Source: Chrysomallon squamiferum (Eukaryota > Animalia > Mollusca). From it: a stretch of DNA of 64,000 bases. The stretch covers positions 7,688,001-7,752,000 of the forward strand of contig CM022668.1 in assembly GCA_012295275.1 (NCBI GenBank), read 5' to 3'. The position numbers and the translations under genes are program-made. Positions within the stretch are counted from its first letter, which is position 1. Each line of letters begins with the position of its first letter. The notes below the pieces were generated by a model. The model ran no database searches. It was not told where the DNA came from and worked only from the letters and a program-made list of their open reading frames with translations. Of the stretch, positions 1 through 14,384 are shown in pieces.

Positions 1-234
1 GAAATCAATTTAACACTGATAACGAATTGATTTGTGCCAGTTACAAACGATGTCATTTCCCTTCCCGTTTTGATGTGTATATTTGTTACATGACAGGTGA
101 TTGGTTAATTTGGCACATGATACAGTTAACTGATTGGCTGTTAGTCAAAATGATTGGCTAGTTTAAGGATTATTCTTATTTATGGCTTATTAGTGCTTGA
201 TTTTATTTCTTTTTTGCAGCTAATACAAGAAAAG

Positions 235-500
<266 letters not shown>

Positions 501-1423
501 CTCTCCGTGTCTCTTCACATAGTTAAAAAAACATAATAAAATCTTTTTGTTTCTGTTTGTGAGAGAAACATCATTTTACAGCTATCAGCTACAAATGACA
601 TCTAATTATTTAAATACAATCATCATCTTTAAAGGAAAATCTAAATCAGATAAAATTTATTTTTAATAGTGATGGCAAGAAGCATTTGTTAAAAATTCAA
701 TAAATAATAATACAATAATAACAATTATGATGATCATGATCATGATGACCATGGTAATAAAATAATAATGCTGATAATTACCATCATCATGTTGATGATA
801 ATAGTAATGATGATGATATTGGTATTAATAATATTGATGATGATAATGTTGATAATGATCATAATAATAATAATAATATAATGATAATAACAATAATACT
901 AAGAAAGAGGGAAAGAATAACAATAATAAGAAATAAATAAAAAGTACAAAAGAAAAATATTCTATTGTGCCACAGAACCCATTAGGTCATACTGTCTCCT
1001 TTCTGTGTCTACAGTTTTATTAAATTTGGACGCACACGTCTAAGAATATCGCAATTGTTAGAAAACATTTTCTCTGACAAGAAGAACGAAATTTGTGTTT
1101 TGTGAACGTGACTTGTCAGGAGACAAATCTGTTATAAATATTCAGTCAAATGTGTCTGTCTGTCTGTGAGTTTCTGTCTCTGTAATATATCAATACATAT
1201 ACATGAGATTTCTATAGCTTGTTCACTGAAATATGAAAACTGTTTTTTTTTTCTCTCTTTCATGTACACTGATGTTGATAACAGTTTTCTAGTGTTTTAA
1301 TGAAAAGGAAGGTTTATGTGTACTAAACAATGCTTGTATTTGTATTTTTATCTGTGGTGACTGATTGAATTTAATGAAATTTGCCAGTTACAGAGATAGA
1401 GAGAGAGGTAGACAAAGAGAGAG

Positions 1424-1562
<139 letters not shown>

Positions 1563-2280
1563 TTGAGACAGAGAAAGAGAAACAGAGAGAGAGAGAGAGA
1601 CACCAATACTGATTAAGAAACAGGACAAAGAGAAATCAAGAGAGACTGAATGAGAAAGAGAGAGAAGCAGAGAGGACAGAAAGAGGGAAACAGACAACAA
1701 AAGAGAAACCAAAATAATTTCAAATGATGCTCCATGTTACGACAAAACTGATTAAAGACTTCAGACGGCTCTGCAGCATAAACACAAACATACTGAGTGT
1801 CATCCGACTGACATGGTCATTACTTCCAATCTTCCGTGACATTCTTTCTCCATGAATGAAATCTCGGAGGGAAGAAAACATTAGACATGGAGATGTGACC
1901 AGCTCCGTCCCTGGACACAAAACTAATTAATGGATTTGTCCTGCAGGATCAGCTCCGTGTTCTGATGTGCTGTGGATGTTTTATGGGCTCTAAATATGAG
2001 AGGATGACTTCACAGATTAATTCTATCACCAGTGGAGTGTGGATCTGAGCGTAGTTAAAAACAACACAGTGTGCAGAGTGGTGTTAATAACTGCATGCAT
2101 TATGGTAATGGTTATTGAAAAGAAAATGTAATAACATCAGTGTACATACACACACACACATATGTACGTACACAGAAACACAACACACACACACACATAT
2201 ATGTACATACACTGAAACACAAAAACATACATACATACATACATACATACATACACACATAACACACACAAACATATATT

Positions 2281-2326
<46 letters not shown>

Positions 2327-2505
2327 CATACACACAAATGTATACATACATACATACATATCTAAATCATGTATACAGACATACATATATGTACATTCAT
2401 ACATATTTAGATACGCAAACACACATACCTGTATACAGACTCACATACAAACTTAAATACCTACATATAAACATATATATATACACACACACAAACATAT
2501 ACACA

Positions 2506-2538
<33 letters not shown>

Positions 2539-3011
2539 CATATAAATAACTCTATATACATCCATCCAACCATGTTATACTCTTGTTAGTTTATTGTGCT
2601 TTATAAATACTGAGAGAGACACACACAGACAAACAAATTCAAAATCACTCAGACATAGGCAATATATAATATGTAAGTCAGGTTTATAAAAATAAAAGAA
2701 ATGAACATGTTGATTATTTAGAAAAAAAGAAGATTTAATGTTATTAGTTGAAACTGGTATTTTTAAAATAATTAATTTTGACAAAAACTGATTTTTATTT
2801 TATATATAAATGCTCAGATAAACATATACATAGATACACAAATATCACACATTATACATACAAAATCAAATGTAAACACACACATAAACAAAGAGACACA
2901 CAAACACAGACACACACACATCCTTATACACCCACACACAACATAGACATACACATCACTCATATACAAACGCACACATACACATCCATACATACATATG
3001 ACCCCCACCCA

Positions 3012-3061
<50 letters not shown>

Positions 3062-3310
3062 CATACGCACTCACACATGCCTAGTTAGGCAAGGCTTGTC
3101 AGGAGGAGGTGATGAAATTGTTATTGACTATTTCATTTCTGCGATGGAGGTAATTAAGTCAGCCAGAGAGACTGATTTGTTAAAAATAAAATGTCAAAGG
3201 TCAACCACTTAATTCAGTGTAATCAGTCTTAATGTAATGTGCTGATTAATAGCCACACTGATGGCAACTTCTGTGTGCTGAAAATAGCTTTCAAACTAGT
3301 TCCGAGGTTC

Positions 3311-3338
3311 AGTGTATTGTGTTTAATACGAGTTTATG

Positions 3339-3397
<59 letters not shown>

Positions 3398-3517
3398 ATA
3401 TGTAACAATGTCTGTTGTATTAATATGTATTATATGCTCATACATGCATTCATACATACATATATTTCAATATACTGTGTTTAATACAAGTTTATGCATA
3501 TGTGTGTGTGAGAGTGT

Positions 3518-3557
<40 letters not shown>

Positions 3558-3785
3558 ATATGTAACAATGTCTGTTGTATTAATATGTATTATATGCTCA
3601 TACATGCATTCATACATACATAGATTTCAATGTATTGTGATTAATACAAGTTTATGCATGTGTGTGTGTGTATATGTATATGTAACAATGTCTATTGTAT
3701 TAATATGTATTATATGCTCATATATGCATTCACACATACATAGATTTCAATGTATTGTGTTTAATACAAGTTTATGCATATGTGT
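3311..3785. repeat. Three tandem copies of a ~110-bp unit separated by variable (TG)n
   Basis: gtatatgtatatgtaacaatgtctgttgtattaatatgtattatatgctcatacatgcattc... recurs at about 3390, 3550 and 3670. Confidence 0.85.
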
Positions 3786-3812
3786 ATGTATGTATGTGTG
3801 TATGTATGTATG

Positions 3813-3875
<63 letters not shown>

Positions 3876-4229
3876 GCATATGTATGTGAATGTATCTATG
3901 TACATATGAATTAAGAATATGTGTAATTTTGCATTGTGTGTGTGTGTGTGTGTGTGAAAAAACTTTAAAAAACTGGTTAATAATTTTAAAATATTTCATA
4001 ATAAAAACTATCAAAGCAATCAGAACTGCTGAACATTTCTTTCTGATCTCAAATTAAAAAAATTCTGTAAAAAAATCTTATCTATTATGATGTATAAATG
4101 ATTACAAATTTGTAAACCTTTATATATTTTATATAAATAAGTCCCAGTCTGTACACAACTGTTGTATGCAGTTCTGATTAGGAATGCTCTGTAAGCAGGT
4201 AAAATATGGTGTTACTAGACCTTGATTTG

Positions 4230-6720
4230 TATACAGTTGTTGTATATTGTATCTATGGATCTTGATTTGTAAGCAGTTCATATCTATTGTATTAATGGTG
4301 TTTGATTTGTAAACAAGACATATCTATTGTATTAATGGTGTTTGATTTGTAAACAAGACATATATGTTGTATTAATGAGGACTGATTTGTAAACAAGACA
4401 TATCTATTGTATTAATGAGGACTGATTTGTAAACAAGACATATATGTTGTATTAATGAGGACTGATTTGTAAACAAGACATATCTATTGTATTAATGAGG
4501 ACTGATTTGTAAACAAGACATATATATTGTATTAATGAGGACTGATTTGTAAACAAGACATATCTATTGTATTAATGAGGACTGATTTGTAAACAAGATA
4601 TATCTGTTGTATTAATGAGGTTTGATTTGTAAACAAGACATATCTGTTGTATTAATGAGAACTGATTTGTAAACAAGATATATCTGTTGTATTAATGGTG
4701 TTTGATTTGCAAACAAGACATATCTGTTGTATTAATGGTGTTTGATTTGTAAACAAGACATATATATTGTATTAAAGAGGACTGGATTCTAAACAAAACA
4801 TACCTATTGTATTAATGAGGACTAATTTGTAAACAAGACATACCTATTGTATTAATGAGGACTGATTTGTAAACAAGACATATCTGTTGTATTAATGAGG
4901 ACTGATTTGTAAACAAGACATATCTGTTGTATTAATGAGGACTGATTTGTAAACAAGACATATATCTTGTATTAAAGAGGACTCATTCAAAAGAAAACAT
5001 ACCTAAATTGTATAAATGAAGGACTAATTTTAAACAAGACATACCTATTATAAATAATGAAAACTAATTTCAAAACAAGTCATATCTGTTAATAAATGAG
5101 GACTGGTTTGTGAAACAAGACATATCTATTATGTTAATGAAGATTAATTTGTAGTCAATCTTATACAGTATAAATGAGGAATAATATACAAACATTGAGT
5201 TTTAAAACATTAAAAGAAATCAAATTAAACTGTATAAATGAAAATTTTGACATTAAACATTAAACATGTTGTATAAATTAGGAATATAACTTCAAAACAG
5301 TCTGTCTAATAAATGAATGAGATTGTGACAGCAAGACAATCTACCCTGTGTTTAGTTAAGATGGAAATAGTCATCTGATCACAGAAAAGACAGAGTTATA
5401 CACAAATCTAATGAGTTTTAAAAATTCAATTTGGAAATTGTATCCCAAAAAGATGCAAATTTTTCAAGTGACATTAAACATTCTGTAAATTTGTTAGAAC
5501 GTTCAGAAATGAAACCACTTTGGAAGGAAATCTGTGATTATGCATTTAAATGAAGACCATGTGATGAGACAAGTCACTTACTGTCATTTAACTTCCAAAC
5601 AGATTTCTCTATTGTATAAATAAGGACATGTATCCCAAAAAGGAAACTAATTACAAAGTAGTCTGTTGTATAAATCAGAAATTTACCTTCAGTACAATCT
5701 GTCTATTCTTTAAATGAAGACTGCAATATTAAAACAGTCTATGTATTGTACAAATCAGAAATTTAACTTCAGTACAATCTGTCTATTCTTTAAATGAAGA
5801 CTGCAATATTAAAACAGTCTATGTATTGTACAAATCAGAAATTTAACTTCAGTACAATCTGTCTATTCTTTAAATGAAGACTGCAATATTAAAACAGTCT
5901 ATGTATTGTACAAATCAGACATTTAACTTCAGTGCAATCTGTCTATTCTTTAAATGAAGACTGCAATATTAAAACAGTCTATGTATTGTACAAATGAAGA
6001 CACTAATGTCAAAACTGTCTATTATATGAATTAGAATGGCAGTTTCAAATCAAGAATGTCTGTTGAATAATTAAGAAAAATTACTTGAAAACAGTTCTGT
6101 TGTATAAATATTAGCAGTAATTGTTAACAATCTATTGTATAAATAATGATAGTAACTTCAAAACAGCATGTCAGTTGTATAAATGAAGATTGCAATATCA
6201 AAACCATACATGTATTCTATAAATAAGGGCAAAAACTTCAAAAATAATTGTATAAATCAGAAATGTAATTTTTATTGTATAAATTAAGGTTGCAGCAACA
6301 GAGTAATGTATGAATTGTATGAATGAGAAAAACCAAATCAAAACAACCTATGAATTGTATAAAGTCAGAATTTAACTTCAAAACAATCTCTTGTATAAAT
6401 AAAGATTTCAACTTCAAAACAATTCTATCTATTGTATAAATGACAGTGGTAACTTTAAGACAATCTCTTGTATAAATGAAGATTTCAACATCAAAACAAT
6501 TCTATCTATTGTATAAATGACAGCAGTAACTTCAAAACAATCTCTTGTATAAATGAAGATTTCAACTTCAAAACAATTCTATCTATTGTATAAATGACAG
6601 CAGTAACTTCAAAACAATCTCTTGTATAAATGAAGATTTCAACTTCAAAACAATTCTATCTATTATATAAACGTCAGTGGTAACTTCAAGTCAGTATAAT
6701 CTGTTGTATAAATCAGGACA
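4230..6720. repeat. Compound minisatellite: 40-bp monomer array plus 80-bp and 77-bp dimeric arrays and decayed monomers
   Basis: Unit actgatttgtaaacaagacatatctattgtattaatgagg (about 4260-5140). 80-bp period at 5691/5771/5851/5931. 77-bp period at 6384/6461/6538/6615. Shared core ttgtat(a/t)aat. Confidence 0.9.
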
Positions 6721-6742
6721 ACAACTTGAAAACGTGTCTTAC

Positions 6743-6908
6743 CTATTGTGTACCTGTGTCCGTCCAGCCTGACGACACACTTTCTCCGAGGGTAGCCGAC
6801 GCCCAGACTCCTCTGCCTCTGCAGTGGACTGTGATCCAGGTCGTCAGGGTCCGAGGGCAGTTTGAGGGGGAGGTCTGGCAGCTGGGGGCTTTCACCTTTC
6901 TTTGCCAT
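6743..6908 (-). CDS. PDE1: Alternative first coding exon B of the same PDE1 gene (55 codons + 1 nt, phase-1 donor)
   Basis: GC-rich island in AT-rich DNA. ATG at 6908 in context gtcATGg (weaker in-frame ATG at 6947). Translation MAKKGESPQLPDLPLKLPSDPDDLDHSPLQRQRSLGVGYPRRKCVVRLDGHRYTI, then G|GTAAGA donor (GT at 6742-6741). The end resembles the recalled long PDE1C isoform RRCVLTVDGYNYVI and exon A. Confidence 0.8.
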
Positions 6909-8251
6909 GACCGTCAGTACACTTCCATGTCTGGTTGTTCTCCACATAGATACTCACAGCGAAAAATCTCACAGATTCCTTACTTCAATTTCTCTCATGA
7001 AATTTTTTAAATTTTTGTTTTGATTATAAAATTTTAGTTGCTTTCTTGTCAGTATTTTGATGTTCTTCAGCTTTCTTCTTTCATAATCCTTTATTTGTTT
7101 GTTTTAACATTTTTTTTGTTGTTTTTTCCCTTGTAAAATTTGATTTCAGATTTCTCATGAGAAACTGTTTATGTTAGACTTTTTGTCAAAATAATGTGGA
7201 GTATTCTCAGTACTTTTGGAATATTCTAAATTAATTTATGTTTTATCCACTCTTCAGTGAGTACAAGAGCAAAAACCCATGTTTATATGGGAGACAATGA
7301 AGTTAAATTCATTATTTTCTTGTTAAAACATTTCATAACTTACAATGACATCACGCATAATCCTTCTGTTGTTTGTCACAAATGAAGAAAAGAAACCAAA
7401 CAAAAAAATGCACAAGAAAACACCAGAGATATCTGAAAACATCAAATAACATCAAAACAGATATTCTCTTTTGCTAAACATAATCAATGTAGTTAATTAG
7501 AAACAAAACACACATACAAAAAAAAAACAAAAAAACAAATCTATGTCCAGTTTTTTCCTCAAATAGAGAATGTGATTAATTAATTTACAACATTCTCAGC
7601 TCTCCACCTCAACATGGAGAAGCTGTTTAATTAATTTACAACAATTGCACCAGTTTGTCTCAACATGGAGAAGACCGTGGATGTTTACAATTCCTATCCC
7701 AGAGAACGGAAGACTCCACTTATCCGAATGTGAATAATCTCAAACAGTCATCAGTCAGCACTGTTTTCAGCTGATATCATTCATATCCTCTTCATGCTCT
7801 CAAAAATGCCACAACTATTTAGGCTACTGGGACCAACGAGAATATGTAAATGTGTCTTTTTTTTTTTTTTTTTTTTCTTTCAGTCCTTGCAATAATAAGA
7901 TCTATAATGGTAATATTTGCATTTTTATAACATTTATCAGATTAAGAGTGCTGTGACGACACGGTGCCCAGTTTGGCAGAGATAATGTGATTTCTGGCGA
8001 AACAGTCGCAGCTATTTTTCACAAGTTGTCACTGCAGTGCAAACTCGTGTGTGATTTCCTCCTAACTAACAGCTGAAATCCCGGCACAGTTTGTACGCGT
8101 TCTATCTTTTTACCATCGCTATCATGAAGGTAATTTCTGTGCCCAATCTGTAGAAAATAAAATTCCTCATTCCTCAGGGTGTGCAGAGAGTGAAAAAGTA
8201 AAGAAAAAAGAAAAAAAAAAAAAAATAGAAGAAGAAAATCAAGAAGCACCT

Positions 8252-8317
8252 GTAACCATGGTCACATCGTTTAAAAGAGTTTCACTGACAGAGGTCTCCG
8301 AGGAACTGAGTTTTATG
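8252..8317 (-). promoter_or_regulatory. Candidate core promoter for exon B: TATA-like box, initiator and downstream X-box-like palindrome
   Basis: CATAAAA (8317-8311) starts 31 nt upstream of the A in TCAGTG (8286). GTAACCATGGTCAC at 8252-8265. The surrounding 7940-8560 region has more CpG than the background. Confidence 0.4.
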
Positions 8318-8736
8318 TGGCTGGAAGCTGACACACCCAGCCTGGAGTAGGCTGTGTGCGTAATTCCACAGAAACCAGCATGGGTGGGGATGTTAATGAC
8401 ACTTGCAAATAAAAGTGTGGAGCTTTTTTATGTTCGTTTTTTTTTTTTGCTTTACAAAATAGAAAAAAATAAAAATAATAATAAAAGTGACAAAAGAAAG
8501 GATGCGATACAGAATAATTAGGAAAAAAACAGCAGTTGAATTTGGTCGGCCACAATTTTGCTATAAATTAATGAGCTGGTTTAAGAGATAATCAAGTTTT
8601 GTTAAGTTAATGTTTAAAACCAGGACAACTTTGTTTATATCATTAGAACTGTCATTTAAACTTTTACACAACTACCATAATTTCATTATTATTGTTACAT
8701 TAAATATTATTGTTATTATTAGTATTATTATTATTA

Positions 8737-8771
<35 letters not shown>

Positions 8772-9974
8772 TATAATTAATTAATTTATTTAATTTTGAA
8801 AATTATTTTATTATTATTATTATTATTATTATCACTTATTGTTTTTATTATTATTATTTTTTTAATATTAAAAAAATTCTGCAGTTAAAAAAAGATCAAC
8901 TTTTGTGCAAATTTTTAAATCAAAATTAAAATTATCCTTTTATTTTTATATTTTTTCTTAGTTAATTTTTGTGAGATTTACTTTATGTAACTGAAGAATA
9001 TGCCACAGAGTAATGGGAATACTACATTACTTGAGTTTTATTAACATAAAACACTGATTCTATTCAATCAATAGGCAATGTTAATTAACACAGCAAGGTA
9101 ATGTTTTCTAACAACATCTGTTCAGCAAGAATGAAACTCATAAAACAATGAATTTTTCACAACTCACTTTTATGACAATCTTTTTTTTATTTTTATAATA
9201 AAAAAAAAAAAAATTATTAATAAAATAGAAGCTGATTTTATCTGGTTTTATTTTGAGTTTTTTTTCTCTGTAATAAAAGAGATAAGATTGATTTTGCACT
9301 AGGTGAGTTTAAATCTTTTTTTGACACAAATATCTTCCTGTGTTTAAATTGTTAACTCTCAAACAGAAGAGTTACACAGGAGCACACAACTGTTCACTGA
9401 AATTTAAAAAAGTCTTCACAAATGATTCACTCTGAGTTAGTTTTAGATTATGAAACGTTACTTTTAACTATCTTAATGATTAATTTAAATATATTAAAAA
9501 ATTATTTCCTGTTCTAAATATGAATTTTAAAAAAAAATTCTAAATTGTTTTACATTTATTTATTATTTAGGGTGAATTTTAAAACATTTATTATACTTCT
9601 ATGGAGAATTTTGAAAAATAATTGATCATTTAGTGAAGAAGAATTTTTTTTATTTACTTGAGGATATTTTAGAAAGTGAATCTGTTTTAGACGGATGCTC
9701 ACATAACCCCAAAGTAAATGAAAAATGGTAATACTTGGTAAAATTCATAAACACTTCAGCAATCCAGTATCAATAATCCTTTGAAAAATCCCTGATATCA
9801 CCTCCAGTAAAATCTCTCTGAAATACAGAGATCATAAAACACTTTGAGAAAAGAAAATGAATTTCCAGTGAAACACAACACTGAGCTAATACAAACTGTG
9901 ATACCCAATATTTACACAGAGTTACCACCAATAGTATCTTCCATACAGATCATAATATCTGTAATATATCTATG

Positions 9975-10430
9975 TTAATATACGTTAATATTAAAAGTAT
10001 CTTTAAATAAATTTGTTTTTGAGCACAGCCCAATGAATATCAATGATTATATCTATCATTAAAATTAATATCTTTAAATAAATCTAACTTTGCTTACAAT
10101 CTACTTAATATCATAGATTATGTCTATCATTAATATTAGTATTGAAATAGTCTTTAAATACATTTATTCTTGCCCACAATCCAAAGAATGTCATCAATTA
10201 TATCCCCCCATTAACATTAATAATAAAATTATGTTGCTTTAAATAAATCTATTTTCACATTCAGTCCAGTTAGTATCATTGATGGTAGTTATCATTAACA
10301 ATAATATTAAAATAATCTTTAAAGAAACCTATTTTTAAAACAAATCCAACAAATATCATTAATTATAACCACCATTAACATTAATGTTAAATTAATCTTG
10401 ATCTGAACAAATCTATTTTTGCATACAGCT
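9975..10430. repeat. Decayed ~80-bp tandem repeat
   Basis: Recurrent ...atcattaacattaatattaaaataatctttaaataaatctatttt... variants. Confidence 0.55.
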
Positions 10431-10749
10431 CAGTGAATTCTTTTTCCCCTTGAAACTTTTCGATATTTTAATCCCAAAACAAATAAATATTATCGATGAT
10501 TCATTCCACTTGAGTTTGATAGCTTCAGCATCTTAAGACTGAAAGATTTAAATGGCACATTTCCTTGATTTTGCAGTTTAAGGTTAAAACATGTTACAGC
10601 ACTCTCCCGACTTCTCAAGTTTCCATCACAAAAATCATTTCAAGTTAAACTATGTCCTTGCATTTCCTGTCTTCTTTGTTTTAAAAAAAAAAAAGTTAAC
10701 AGTAAATAAGATTTTTCTTTTTTAACTTTGAGAATACTTTGTATTTCTG

Positions 10750-11120
10750 TGTCTCTAAAATACCAGGAGATTCTCTTCTATTGTCTCTACTTGTCTCCCA
10801 GATACCATGTGATAATCTTCTATTGTGTCTCTTTGTGTCTCCCAAATTTCTGGTTTTTCTTTCTGTGTCATACAAAGACCATGTGCTGATTTCCAAATGT
10901 CTCTTTGTCTCTCAAATACCATATGACAATATCCTGTTATGTTTAACAAATACCATAAGATTATCTCCTAATCTCTCTTTGTGTCTCGCAAAAAACACGT
11001 GATAATCTGCTACTGTGTCTCTTAAATACCTTATAACAATCTGCTGACGTCTCTCATTGTGTCTCAAAAATACCACATGATAATCTTCTACAGCTTCTTT
11101 GCCTTCCTAACACCATATGG
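10750..11120. repeat. Decayed ~40-bp tandem repeat
   Basis: Recurrent aaataccatgtgataatcttctattgtgtctctttgtgtctc variants. Confidence 0.65.
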
Positions 11121-11826
11121 CTGTCTGTGGTTCAGTGAGATCTAATTACAGTGAAGAACACCAGACACTGTCACAGCCAGTGACAGAGAGAAACAACAAC
11201 AACAACGACAACAGCATAACAAATCATTTCAGTGCACAGCAGAGGCCATGGATGGGTTCTGAGCTGTGGTGAGTCAAGACAGTTTTATTCATATTTTCCT
11301 GACTTGATGGCCTGACAGTTCTGCAACACCAGATTCCTCAAACTTGGTGTTCCTCACTGCATTAGTTGAAAAAAGACAACACAGAGCTGTGAGATATTGG
11401 ATTACTGGGTCTGGCTCAGATAGAAGAGAGATCAGGCTGAAAATGCCAAATAAATTAGTCGCCAAGAATTAGTCAGAGTGACATGACATGTGAATTAAGC
11501 TGGGTGATTCGTGACTAGGGTTATTACACCATTTGGTGATTTCTGGTGCCGACGATGGCAGTGTTGTTGTTGTTGTTGCTGCTGCTGTTGTTGTTGTTGT
11601 TGTTGTTGATGGTGTCAGGTGATGTGTGATATTAATATTTTTAACAAATATGATTATAATTGGCTTCCTGGAAAATGTTGATAATTGTAATTGTCATTAA
11701 AAAGATGGTAATAATTATGATGATGATGATAATGATGATATTTGCTATTTGTAATACAAGCATTGCAAACAGTCTAGATGATAATGTGGTAACAATCATG
11801 ATAATGATATTAATATGATGAAAACA

Positions 11827-11893
<67 letters not shown>

Positions 11894-12589
11894 CCCTCTT
11901 CTTTCCTTCCATCCATTATCTGATAAAACAGAGCCTGAAATGATCTCTGCAAGCTGCCTCAGATCAATGTTTAATTCATCGTGAGTGTTTGGAGTTACGA
12001 CTTGGCAAATGTCAAATCCATTTCATACAATTCTTTAATGAAAGCTGGGAAATTCATCTAGATATTCGAATCAAGAGACTGAACGTTACAAAGTGATTTA
12101 GTCAATAATTATAAAAGTATGTATAACAGAGAGATCAATTTTCTTGATTAGTAATCCATCTTGGATATTGTGATACAAGATAGCAAGAGGCAAATGAGGT
12201 ATATTTAAGATGTTTGTGATTGTTACAGGAACTTATGATGTACAGATAAAAGACAAAAGAAGGAAAATGTTGTAAGGGGAAAGAAAGAAAGAAAGAAAGA
12301 AAGAAAGAGGGAATGAATGAAAAATAAGGAGGGCAAGAAAGAATATAAAACAATCCAGATATCACACATATGCATACACACACACATAAACAAGCATACA
12401 CACATATACACAAGTAAACATACCCACATACGCATATATACACACACACACCACATACAAAACACACAGACACAGACACACACACAAACACAGATGCACA
12501 CACACACACACACACACACCACATACAAAACACACACACAAACACAGATGCGCACACAGACACACACACACACACGCACAAACACAGAT

Positions 12590-12622
<33 letters not shown>

Positions 12623-12884
12623 AAGAGACAGACAGACACACACACACACATATAAAGAGACAGACAGACACACACAAAAACATTCACCACCACTCTCAAA
12701 CTCATGTCTGTATACCTACCACTCATTATAAAGACATTTCATAATAACGAGAAATTACTATGAATTACTAATGATGTCATTTAATGTTTGGTCATGGAAT
12801 ACTTGCAATTAACCTTCAGTCCATCATTTAATAAAAACTGTTAATGATGGATCACCCCAGGCAGTACCAGCATTCTCTGGGACA

Positions 12885-13060
12885 TACAAATATACCTAGA
12901 CTGTATTCATGTCAGAACATACAATTATAACTAGACTGTACTCTTGTCAGTACACACACATATAACTAGACTGTCTTCTTGTCAGTACACACACATATAA
13001 CTAGACTGTACTCTTGTCAGAACATACAAATATAACTAGACTGTCTTCTTGTCTGGAACA
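12885..13060. repeat. 35-bp minisatellite, about 5 copies
   Basis: ataactagactgt(a/c)..cttgtcag recurs at 12927, 12962, 12997 and 13032. Confidence 0.85.
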
Positions 13061-14034
13061 GACATAATTCTAGTCCATATGATGCAGTCACTGTACTGCA
13101 ATATTATTTTTCTGTTATTGTCAATGCACTAACTTATCTAGCTTCCCAAACTGAACATTTGTTGTTTTGCATTATCAGTATTTTCCATATTTTCCACATT
13201 GGAAATTTGTATCATGTTGAGTATTTATGTTATTTGCACAACAAATACTGACAGAGCCATACAAAATATTACTGAATATACCTACATTTGCTGGGTTTTT
13301 TTTGCAAATATTTATAACTTTGCATATGAAATATGTTCACATTTGCACATTATTTATCAGACTTTTCTGTTCTAAATATGTGCACTTTTATTTTTTAACT
13401 CTTTTTTATTTATTTATATTTTTTTGCAATTTAATGAAACATCTTTAAAAGTCAAATATTTTGATTTTTAGTACATCTTTTTTTTTAAATAATTCTCAAT
13501 AGAGAAGCATTTTTTTGCTTTCTCACACATTTTCATATTCTTCATATTTGCACTTTTTGCACACCAGTTTTTTTGATACTGACAACTTTTTGCACTTTTT
13601 GCAGACTAAATCATTTTTATATTCTTAATATTTCCGTTTTTTTGCACACCAATTTTTTAATAGTGACTTTTTGCACTTTTTGCACCCTAAATCATTTTTA
13701 TATTCTTTATATTTGCATTTTTTTGCACATTATCTATTGACATTCTTGTTTTTTTCATTCTGGATATTTTCGGCTTCCCAGTTTGATCAACAAACCAAGG
13801 ATTCTTCCAGCAGTTAATGCTTTTATCTGGAGTGGTGTTTAGTGATAGATCAAAGCTCTTAGTGCTAACAAGACAATGTTAATTAATGATTTATAAACTG
13901 AGCTGGAACAACATGGCACTGATATCCCTCAGTTACCGCCTGCCTTTGAACTGCGTCTTGTCAAAGCAGATCCTGTCATTACCACCGAGACCATGCCATG
14001 ATGTGAATTGACAACGATGTGTTGATGTCATTAG

Positions 14035-14047
14035 AGGTCAGAGGTCA
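14035..14047 (+). promoter_or_regulatory. Perfect DR1 nuclear-receptor element
   Basis: AGGTCA-G-AGGTCA within a non-repetitive, GC-elevated block (about 13770-14070). Confidence 0.5.
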
Positions 14048-14293
14048 TACCATCAGAGGTGATAATACAAGACTGGTTTGCATGTGAGAAATAGGTGTAT
14101 ATTGTAAGACATTGTGTTTTTTGTGTAAGATTTATATTTTACTGGATATGCAAATATTCTCTCTCTTTTTTCATTCCAGCCTTGACCTGTCTCACAAACA
14201 CAAACACAGACAGACAAACATTGGTGCACACACATTCATAGGAATAAAGTACACATCCAAAAACTACAATATATAATTCTCTTCTCTCTTTTT

Positions 14294-14371
<78 letters not shown>

Positions 14372-14384
14372 GCACAAACAGTTG

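Noticed and set aside
6726-7010. Plus-strand 94-aa ORF
   Set aside because: It is the antisense shadow of GC-rich exon B. The minus frame has the Kozak context, the conserved motif and the donor.
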